Positions 8,997 to 15,896 of a DNA stretch of 15,896 nucleotides are shown piece by piece (position 1 is the first letter of the stretch; the number at the start of each line of letters is the position of its first letter). The notes under the pieces are model-generated. The model was not told the DNA's origin. It did no database searches and saw only the letters and a list, made by a program, of their open reading frames with translations. The position numbers and the translations under genes were made by a program. Source of the stretch: Candidatus Krumholzibacteriota bacterium (GTDB lineage Bacteria; Krumholzibacteriota; Krumholzibacteriia; LZORAL124-64-63); assembly GCA_039714075.1 (NCBI GenBank), contig JBDLKA010000084.1, positions 1-15,896 on the forward strand, given 5' to 3'.

Positions 8997-11035
8997 ACAG
9001 GAAAAGGGATCTGCGGGCGATATTTGTGGTCGTGCTGGTTCTGTTGGTGGGCCTGCTGCTCGGGCCGAACAGGGCCGACGCCATGGTTCCGGAGGATATC
9101 CTGACCATGAAGCATGCCAATTCAGGGGATCTTTCTCCTGACGGCCGTTTTCTCCTGTACCGCATCACTGCCTGGGATCCGGACAAGGAGGAAAACCGCA
9201 CCACCCACTACCGCCGGGAATTCAGTTCGGGCCGGGACCTGTTGATCTTCACGCCCGAAGACCGTTGCCGGGGTCCGGTCTGGCGGCCGGACGGGCAGGC
9301 CATCGCCTACCTGCGGACCAGTGATCAGGGCACGGAAATCTGGCTCATGGATGCCGACGGAGCCTCGCGGCGGCGGATCAGCGCGGGCCCCGGCAAGTTC
9401 GGCGATTTGATCTGGTCGCCCGACGGTTCGGCCCTGGCCTGGATCGGTTCCGCGGAAGTGGACAACTACGAGGGCGTTCCGAACCGTTACGTGGTGGCGG
9501 ACGGAATCGACTACCGGCACCTGGGGCAAGGCTATCGGGAAGGCCGCCTGCGCCAGCTGTTTGTCATGGATCTGGCCAACGGCGAGTCACGAAGGGTCAT
9601 CGACGGCGCCATCGATGTCCGGTCCTGCGACTGGTCCCCCGACAGCCGCAGCCTGGTGGTCGAGGCCAAGGCGCGCCAGGATCTGGGCTGGAATCTGAAT
9701 TCCGATTTGTGGATCGTCGCCCGACGGGGCGGGCAGCCGCGTCGCCTGACCGACAACCCGGGAGCGGATCGCAAGCCGATCTGGTACCGCAAGAACGCCA
9801 TCGCCTACATGCGCGCCACCGATCCCCTTTGGGAAAGCGCGCCCAATGAGATAGCCGTCATTTCGGCGAAGGCCGGTGACGCCGGGAAGATGAAGATCCA
9901 CGGTTCCGGCTTCGACCGTCTGTTCTTCAACTACACCGAGGCCGGGGGGAAATTCTACGTGCTGGGCGCCAACCGGGGATGCCTGGATCTCTACCGTCTG
10001 GAAGGCGACAAGCACGAGCAGCTCACCGACCGGAGGCACGACTTCTGGGATGTGCAAATCGCCGGTCCGCGCGTGGTGTTGTCCGGCGCCGGCCAGACCC
10101 TGCCCGGGGCCATTTTCACGGTGGACCTGGCGGAGAAGATCAAGGGTCCCCATCACCCCCGGATCGAGATCGATCCCAACTCCGAATGGCGCGGCAAGGT
10201 GGGGCTGGTGGAACCGGAGCCGTTCACCGTGGAAGTGGACGGCCGGACCATCGAAGGCTGGTTTTTCAAGCCCGAGGACCTGGCCGCGGGCCAGAAGGTG
10301 CCCGTGGTGTTGAGCATTCACGGTGGGCCCGAGTGGATGTACGGCGGCTATTTTCTGCCGGAATTCCACATCCTGCCGCGTTTCGGTTACGGTGTGGTGA
10401 TCGCCAACCCCACCGGCAGCATGGGTTACGGCACCGAATTTCGCGTGGGTGTCCGGGGTGACTGGGTGGACCGTCCGGGCCGCGAAGTGATGGCCTGCCT
10501 GGACCGGGCCGTCGCCGAAGGTTGGGCCGATCCCGAAGGCCTGGCCGTGATGGGCGGCAGTTACGGCGGGTTCCTCGGAGCTGCCCTGACCACCCGGTCG
10601 CAGCGTTTCAAAGCCGCCGCCCTGGACCGGATGTATCCTGACCAGATCACCTTTTGGGGCACGACCGACGAAAAATGGTTTCCCGAATGGGAATTCATGG
10701 GCAAGCCGTATGATCCGGAGGCCCGAAAGGTCTACCTGCGCAATTCACCCTGGGAGCAGGTCGAAAAAGTGCGGACACCGACCTTGATCAGCCAGGGGAT
10801 GCTGGATTACCGTTGCCTGATCGCCGGCGGCGAGATGTGGTTCTCGGCCCTGCAGTCCCGCGGGGTGCCGTCGCGGTTCATCCGCTTCGAAAACGAAGGA
10901 CATGGTATTCGCCGGCCTGAAAACCGGGTTTTCTACTACAATCAACTTCTGGACTGGTTCGATGAATTCGTCCTGGGCAAGAACGGCGCCGGGGACGAGA
11001 ACGTGGAAACCGAAATCAACGACTGGGACAAATGA
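8993..11035 (+). CDS. Secreted S9 family peptidase (acylaminoacyl/dipeptidyl-peptidase type, beta-propeller + alpha/beta hydrolase)
   Basis: Signal peptide, PD40-like repeats (LSPDG, WRPDG, WSPDG, WSPDS), IHGGP, nucleophile motif GGSYGG, Asp in LDYRC, His in NEGHG. Confidence 0.93.
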   Translation: MNRKRDLRAIFVVVLVLLVGLLLGPNRADAMVPEDILTMKHANSGDLSPDGRFLLYRITAWDPDKEENRTTHYRREFSSGRDLLIFTPEDRCRGPVWRPDGQAIAYLRTSDQGTEIWLMDADGASRRRISAGPGKFGDLIWSPDGSALAWIGSAEVDNYEGVPNRYVVADGIDYRHLGQGYREGRLRQLFVMDLANGESRRVIDGAIDVRSCDWSPDSRSLVVEAKARQDLGWNLNSDLWIVARRGGQPRRLTDNPGADRKPIWYRKNAIAYMRATDPLWESAPNEIAVISAKAGDAGKMKIHGSGFDRLFFNYTEAGGKFYVLGANRGCLDLYRLEGDKHEQLTDRRHDFWDVQIAGPRVVLSGAGQTLPGAIFTVDLAEKIKGPHHPRIEIDPNSEWRGKVGLVEPEPFTVEVDGRTIEGWFFKPEDLAAGQKVPVVLSIHGGPEWMYGGYFLPEFHILPRFGYGVVIANPTGSMGYGTEFRVGVRGDWVDRPGREVMACLDRAVAEGWADPEGLAVMGGSYGGFLGAALTTRSQRFKAAALDRMYPDQITFWGTTDEKWFPEWEFMGKPYDPEARKVYLRNSPWEQVEKVRTPTLISQGMLDYRCLIAGGEMWFSALQSRGVPSRFIRFENEGHGIRRPENRVFYYNQLLDWFDEFVLGKNGAGDENVETEINDWDK

Positions 11036-11883
11036 CTGACACTCCCCTCGTGACCGCGAACGCCGCCAAAAGGACCAGCCTGTGGCTGATGTCCGCAGCC
11101 ATGGTCTTCATCATCGGCCTGAAATCGTATGACGGGATCGGCCCGGTGCCCTGGCACTTTTTCGGGTGGCTTTTCATGGCCGGCGGTCTGGGAGTCGCCT
11201 GGCGTAGGCAAAGCGAGGACACCTGGTGGAAGACCTCCGTCATTCTCGCCTATGTGATCGTGTTCCTGTTTTACACGCGGATTGACGGCGACACCGGCAA
11301 CGGGCACGTGGTGGAACTGGCCCTGGCCCTGGGCGTGGGGATCCTGCTGGTGCCCGCCCTGCTGGCCAAATACTGGATCGGCCATGCCCTGGACTACAGC
11401 TGGTTCCAGGGCAGATGGTCCCTGAAGATGTGGCTGTGGCTGCCCCTGGGTTTCGTCCTGGCCTTCGGGTTCATGTGGCTGTATTTCAACGTCCTGACCC
11501 CGACCCTGCACCACAGCTGGCCCCTGCCCCTGGAGGGCCCGCGAACCGAAGCCCTGTGGCGTCTGTTCTGGGGCTGCAACTTCATCGGGGTCTGGGATGA
11601 ACTCGCCTTCATCAACCTGGTGTTCGTGTTGTTGGCCCGTCACTTCCGCTTCGGCGAGGCCAACCTCGCCCAGGCCGTATTCTTCACGGCCTTCCTGCAC
11701 GAAATGGCCTTCGTCGGCTGGGGCCCGGTGGTCATCTACGGATTCGCCCTGATCCAGGGTTTTACGTACCGTAAGACGGGATCCCTGTTCTACATTGTGA
11801 TCCTCCACCTGATGATAGACTCGATTTTGTTCTATATGATCGCGAATCAGTGGTATCCTGGGTGGGGGTGGCATCCTTGGTAG
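11032..11883 (+). CDS. CPBP (Abi/CAAX-type) intramembrane glutamic endopeptidase family protein
   Basis: Multi-TM protein with motif 1 variant WDELAF, motif 2 FTAFLH and the C-terminal motif YRKTGSLFYIVILHLMID. ATGA overlap with the S9 gene. Confidence 0.8.
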   Translation: MTDTPLVTANAAKRTSLWLMSAAMVFIIGLKSYDGIGPVPWHFFGWLFMAGGLGVAWRRQSEDTWWKTSVILAYVIVFLFYTRIDGDTGNGHVVELALALGVGILLVPALLAKYWIGHALDYSWFQGRWSLKMWLWLPLGFVLAFGFMWLYFNVLTPTLHHSWPLPLEGPRTEALWRLFWGCNFIGVWDELAFINLVFVLLARHFRFGEANLAQAVFFTAFLHEMAFVGWGPVVIYGFALIQGFTYRKTGSLFYIVILHLMIDSILFYMIANQWYPGWGWHPW

Positions 11884-12004
11884 AGGGGGGTCCTGTACCC
11901 CTTGCCAGGCTTAGGCTCCTTGTTGATCGCATCGAGTAGTTTGAGGAATGGCTGTGTCGCAATGCGCCTGGCAAGGGGTACAGGACCCCCCTCTACCAAG
12001 GATG
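11872..12004. repeat. Perfect 39-bp inverted repeat with a 55-bp spacer (REPIN/MITE-like)
   Basis: 11872-11910 (CATCCTTGGTAGAGGGGGGTCCTGTACCCCTTGCCAGGC) is the exact reverse complement of 11966-12004. Each arm carries GTAG followed by the hairpin GGGGT-CCTGT-ACCCC. Confidence 0.9.
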
Positions 12005-12039
12005 TCACAGCCACGCAGGGCACCACCGAAGGCTGAAGA

Positions 12040-12840
12040 GTGAAGAAGGCGGGTCTGGCATTACTGGCGGTAATTGTTGCAGCGGCTACGGCGGTCGGGG
12101 CGGAGCCGTGGACGGAACTGGAGGCGGGGCTGGAGCTGGCGCGGTTCGATTCGCGGACACGGGAGAGCGAGCCGTGGGGGGACCTTGTTGTTCTGCGGGT
12201 CGATCCCACGGTGTGGGACCTGAAGGTGGTGGCGGCCGCCCAACAGGGTGACGATCGCAACCGGGACATCCGGGAGTGGTCGGAGGATTTCGACCTTGCC
12301 GCGGCCATCAACGCCGGCATGTACCAGGCGGACAAGAAGACCCATGTGGGGTTTTGCCAGGTGGACGGCGACGTGATCAGCAAATACCCCAACAAGTATC
12401 GTTCGGCGGTGGCCTTCGACCCGTTGGCTGAAGACGATCCTCCCTTCCGCATATTCGACCTGGACGAGACCCCCCTGGAAGAAATCCGGGACCGCTACCG
12501 CACCGTGGTGCAGAACCTGCGGTTGATCAAGCGGTCGGGGAAGAACCGCTGGGAACCGTCGAGCAAGCGGTGGCGCGAGGCCGCGCTGGGGGAGGACGCC
12601 CGGGGGCGCGCGCTGCTGATATCCTGCCGGTTTGCCTGGTCGATGCACGATTTCAACGAAATACTGCTCGAACTGCCGCTGGATCTGGTGTGCGCCCAGC
12701 ACCTGGAGGGAAGCGGGACGGCGCGCTTCTGGCTGAACCATCCCGCCCATGGGGAGTGGAAGGAACCGGGGTATCCGGGGCCGAATCTGCCCATCATATT
12801 GGGTGTGACCCGGCCGCCGGCTGTTTCCGGGACGGATTGA
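12040..12840 (+). CDS. Secreted phosphodiester glycosidase (NAGPA-like) family protein
   Basis: Signal peptide. AAINAGMY (NGG-like motif), REAALGEDARGRALL (RTA-G-like) and AQHLEGSG (NLDGGGS-like) occur in the family order. Confidence 0.7.
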   Translation: MKKAGLALLAVIVAAATAVGAEPWTELEAGLELARFDSRTRESEPWGDLVVLRVDPTVWDLKVVAAAQQGDDRNRDIREWSEDFDLAAAINAGMYQADKKTHVGFCQVDGDVISKYPNKYRSAVAFDPLAEDDPPFRIFDLDETPLEEIRDRYRTVVQNLRLIKRSGKNRWEPSSKRWREAALGEDARGRALLISCRFAWSMHDFNEILLELPLDLVCAQHLEGSGTARFWLNHPAHGEWKEPGYPGPNLPIILGVTRPPAVSGTD

Positions 12841-12846
12841 TCCCCT

Positions 12847-15447
12847 TTACCTTACGATGACCACCCGGTCGGTGAACGATTCCCGCCCCGTATCCATCCG
12901 CACGAAGTAGACCCCGCTGGCCACAGCCTGGCCATGGCTGTCCCGTCCGTCCCAGACCAGGACCCGCGAACCGCCGGTCATGCTGCCGGTGAACAGTTGC
13001 CGGATGCGGGCGCCCCGGGCGTCGTGGATGTCCACTGTGACGTCGGTCTGACCGGGCAGGCTCAATTCCAGACGTGATTGCGAGCCGGTCACGTTGCCGA
13101 GCACACGCAGGCGGGGGCCGCCGATCACCACATCGCCCACCGCGCTGACATCGTTGACGATGAATCCCACCGGTTGGCAGAGGTCGGATCGATCGGTCCC
13201 GTCTCCGGCCCAGGCGCGCCACCAGTAGTTGCCGTCGGGAAGGGAGGGAGCGGTCCAGGTGGTTTGGGAACCTGCGTGCGGCACGTCGTTCGCGCTCGCG
13301 ACCAGATCGGAGCACAGTTCGTCGCCGTAGATCCGGAAGCCGAAGCCCAGGGCGAGGGGCGAAGCCTTGATGACGGGCGACACGGCCAGGGTGGGGGTGG
13401 CGCCGACCGTTTCCCCTTCAACCGGGGAAACCGCCAGGGGCGGGTCCATGAAGAATGTCTGGCTGGGGAAACCGGTCAGGACCACGTCGTCAATGTACCA
13501 ACCGTCCTCGACCACGGAATAATCGGTTTCCATGGCGAACCGAAGTGCGATGTCCTGGCCGGCGTAGAGCGACAGGTCGATGGTGACCTGTTCCCAGATC
13601 AAGGCCAGGCCGGTGTAGGAGGCGACCGTGGTCCAGGGACCGCCGTCGGCCGAAATCTGGACCCTGCCGTAGTCGTAGTTCGACTCGATGTCGTACTTGT
13701 GCCAGAAACTCAACCCCGTGGCGCTGAAGGTCTGGTTCAAGGTGGCGGTGGTGAAGGACTGGTCGGAATAGTTTCCGCCCGGGGAATCGGTCAGGCTGCT
13801 GACGGGGGAGTTGTAGGTGCTTCCCGTCATGCCCCACTGCCCGGTGGTCGTCCAGTTGAGCGGCCCGATTTCCATGTCGTCGCTGAACAGCACAACCGGC
13901 GTGCCGATCGGGAAACTCAGGGGGAAATCGATATCCCCTTCGGCCATGTGGGCCGTCACGGTAATTTGGACAAGATGCCCGTCGGGGCAGGCCGCGTCGA
14001 CGGTCAGGGGGATGGGGTCACCGGAAAAATTGACCGAACCCATCGTTCCCAGACTGGGGATGGTCCGGGACGCGGAACCCAGCTGGATCCAGGGATCGTC
14101 GGTCCTGATGGTGATGTCCAGGTTGGTGACCGCATCGAAGACCGACTGGTTCTCGACCGTGAAATCGAGGATGCCGCTCTCGCCCGGGTTGATGCTTTTG
14201 GTCCCGGCCGCCACCACCGGCGAATGGACGGTCACGAAGGCCCCGGCGACGCGCATCAGGTAGATGTGGGGCCAGATGTTTTCCTGGAACAGGGGCTCGC
14301 GCCGGCTTTCGGCAGGCCAGAAACCGTCGCTGCCGCTGCCTATCTCGTTGCTGAAGGAGAAGATCTTGGCGTGTTCGCCCGTAGCGCCGTAGGCCCAGTC
14401 GAAGGTTCCGCCGTTGACGGTGTAGAGGATCGCCCCGGGCTGGCCGGGGGTGTAGCCGTTGTACTTCGTCATCTCCACGCCCATGTGGTCGAAGATGGCG
14501 CCGTCAGAAGTGGGGGTGGATATGTATCCCCAGGGATAGAGGGTCAGGTTGCTGTAGGTGTGGATGGTGTCGTGGGTGCGGATTTCCCGGCTGTTGATGA
14601 AGTTCATCATGGCCTGGATTTCAAGTTCGCTGCCCGCCGACGGTCCGCGGTAGACCTCGCTGCTGGGGTCCGGGCTGCTGCCGCTGTCGTCATACCCCCA
14701 CATGTAGGTGTAGTTGCGGTTGGGATCGACTCCGAACGTGCCGTCCCCGTTGTCACGCCGGTTCTTGCGCCACATGCCGCCGCCGCTGGGGCTGTTGGTC
14801 TCGTTGTAGACCGACCCGTCGGGATTGACCACCGGCACGATGTACAGCTCGCGGTTGTCGACCAGCCAGGTGATCTCGGGATCAGTGCCGTAGTTCTGCG
14901 CCAGGTACTCGGCGAACATAATGGTGAATTCGGACGACATGATCTCGCGCGCGTGGTGCATGGCGTCGATAAGAATTTCAGGCTCGTTTTCATCGATGTC
15001 GGGATTATCCGAAACGCGGAAGGCCCACAGGTCGCGGCCCTCGAGAGTCTGCCCGATCGACCACTTCTGACTGATGACGTTGGGATACAGCAGCCGCAGG
15101 CTGTCCACGAAGGCAAACGTCTCGCTGTAGGTGTGATAGATGCCGTAGCCGATCCCCTTGTCGGAGTAGGCGTTGGCGGTTTCCATGTCGGCCTGCAGGA
15201 TTTCGAAGTCTTGCCCCGAAGCACGCAGGAATTCCAGGTCGCCGGGTTTGGCGGCGATGTGGACGTAGGAACCGGGCTTGGCCTGGAGGATATCCAGCCG
15301 GCCCCGGTTGGCGCGGACGAATTCGGCGGCGCCGGGGGCGTCGAGCTTGATTTCCACCTTGGCGTGGTGGGGCTCGGCGGCCAGGGCCAGGCCGGTCAGG
15401 ACCAATAGGATCAGAAAAACAGCGGTGTATATCCGGGTGGTGGGCAT
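12847..15447 (-). CDS. Secreted M14 zinc carboxypeptidase (carboxypeptidase T-like) with Ig-like, jelly-roll and C-terminal FlgD-Ig-like domains
   Basis: HHARE (HxxE), PVVNPDG, WRKNRR, GVDPNRNY, IHTYS (third Zn ligand), SNEIG (catalytic Glu). C-terminus has VDIHDARGARIRQL...WDGRDSHGQAVASGVYFVRM. ATG 15447 follows GGAGG and begins a signal peptide. Confidence 0.93.
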   Translation of the reverse strand: MPTTRIYTAVFLILLVLTGLALAAEPHHAKVEIKLDAPGAAEFVRANRGRLDILQAKPGSYVHIAAKPGDLEFLRASGQDFEILQADMETANAYSDKGIGYGIYHTYSETFAFVDSLRLLYPNVISQKWSIGQTLEGRDLWAFRVSDNPDIDENEPEILIDAMHHAREIMSSEFTIMFAEYLAQNYGTDPEITWLVDNRELYIVPVVNPDGSVYNETNSPSGGGMWRKNRRDNGDGTFGVDPNRNYTYMWGYDDSGSSPDPSSEVYRGPSAGSELEIQAMMNFINSREIRTHDTIHTYSNLTLYPWGYISTPTSDGAIFDHMGVEMTKYNGYTPGQPGAILYTVNGGTFDWAYGATGEHAKIFSFSNEIGSGSDGFWPAESRREPLFQENIWPHIYLMRVAGAFVTVHSPVVAAGTKSINPGESGILDFTVENQSVFDAVTNLDITIRTDDPWIQLGSASRTIPSLGTMGSVNFSGDPIPLTVDAACPDGHLVQITVTAHMAEGDIDFPLSFPIGTPVVLFSDDMEIGPLNWTTTGQWGMTGSTYNSPVSSLTDSPGGNYSDQSFTTATLNQTFSATGLSFWHKYDIESNYDYGRVQISADGGPWTTVASYTGLALIWEQVTIDLSLYAGQDIALRFAMETDYSVVEDGWYIDDVVLTGFPSQTFFMDPPLAVSPVEGETVGATPTLAVSPVIKASPLALGFGFRIYGDELCSDLVASANDVPHAGSQTTWTAPSLPDGNYWWRAWAGDGTDRSDLCQPVGFIVNDVSAVGDVVIGGPRLRVLGNVTGSQSRLELSLPGQTDVTVDIHDARGARIRQLFTGSMTGGSRVLVWDGRDSHGQAVASGVYFVRMDTGRESFTDRVVIVR

Positions 15448-15504
15448 AGAAAGCCTCCAGGGCGTGGGGTGAACCCAAATAATTACCACTATTCTACAGG
15501 ATAT

Positions 15505-15894
15505 TCACCCGGTTTTGGTTAAAAAGACGGGTTCGCCCCGCTCATGCATCAAACGGTGACAGGATCCGCACAGCGTAACCAGGTTTTCCGTATGGTTGGT
15601 TCCGCCTTGGGCGCGGGACACGAGGTGATGGACTTCAAGGAACCGTGTTCTATCGCAGCCGGGCGTTTGGCAGCGGTGACGATCACGGGCCAACACCTGC
15701 CGTCGGACACGCGGGGGAATGGTCGTCGTGTTCCGGCCGCCATGCTCACAGATTGCGGCATCGCAGCGCATTCTTTCGGCCTCGGCCCTGCTTAGCTCGC
15801 GTTTTCCCGCATCGGTTTCCACGGTCATTTTGCCGGCTTCTTCGTGAACATGGATTTGTACCGGCGGCCGCCCGGCGAGGGCCCCCCGGGGGGC
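15505..15894 (-). CDS. HNH endonuclease, 5'-truncated by the window edge (DUF222/HNH-like C-terminus)
   Basis: RRQVLARDRHRCQTPGC...LEVHH...GGTN...NLVTLCGSCHRLMH. The frame stays open upstream of ATG 15828 to the window end (APRGALAGRPPVQIHVHEEAGK). Confidence 0.88.
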   Translation of the reverse strand, partial: APRGALAGRPPVQIHVHEEAGKMTVETDAGKRELSRAEAERMRCDAAICEHGGRNTTTIPPRVRRQVLARDRHRCQTPGCDRTRFLEVHHLVSRAQGGTNHTENLVTLCGSCHRLMHERGEPVFLTKTG

Positions 15895-15895
15895 C
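15878..15895. repeat. GC palindrome identical to 177-194
   Basis: AGGGCCCCCCGGGGGGCC occurs at 177-194 and at 15878-15895; the second copy encodes A-P-R-G-A inside the HNH frame. Confidence 0.7.
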
Positions 15896-15896
15896 T

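Noticed and set aside
11872..12004. Retron a1/a2 repeat, CRISPR repeat or simple terminator reading of the inverted repeat
   Set aside because: No reverse transcriptase or cas genes, only two inverted copies, and no U-tract on either strand.
11948..12043. 31-aa mini-ORF (MAVSQCAW...) starting in the repeat spacer
   Set aside because: The GAGGA abuts the ATG with no spacing and the ORF runs through the repeat arm; no coding support.
15491..15496. TAGAAT -10-like hexamer upstream of the M14 gene (minus strand)
   Set aside because: No convincing -35 or correctly spaced TG extension.

Overview
GC-rich bacterial DNA, densely coding and dominated by envelope proteolysis. The FlgD-Ig-tailed carboxypeptidase and the barrel-fused SppA suggest a diderm FCB-type lineage (inference). 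A leftward operon (~8494->222) encodes an orphan family-5 peptide-binding-like lipoprotein, a HAMP histidine kinase, a sigma-54 (GAFTGA) response regulator, an SppA peptidase with an N-terminal beta-barrel-like region and a small outer-membrane barrel protein, and ends in a hairpin terminator. Just beyond the terminator is a full sigma-54 promoter layout: a 16-bp palindrome at 131-146 and a -24/-12 element at 33-48 firing out of the window. A divergent rightward unit, preceded by a second -24/-12-like element, encodes a CxxC-CxxC membrane protein, an S9 peptidase and a CPBP intramembrane protease. It is followed by a REPIN-like 39-bp perfect inverted repeat and a phosphodiester glycosidase-family gene. 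The right end has a secreted multidomain M14 carboxypeptidase and the 3' part of an HNH endonuclease gene. The best candidate for a new system is a peptide-sensing SBP-HK-sigma-54 module controlling a four-family peptidase cluster; this is inferred from gene context only.
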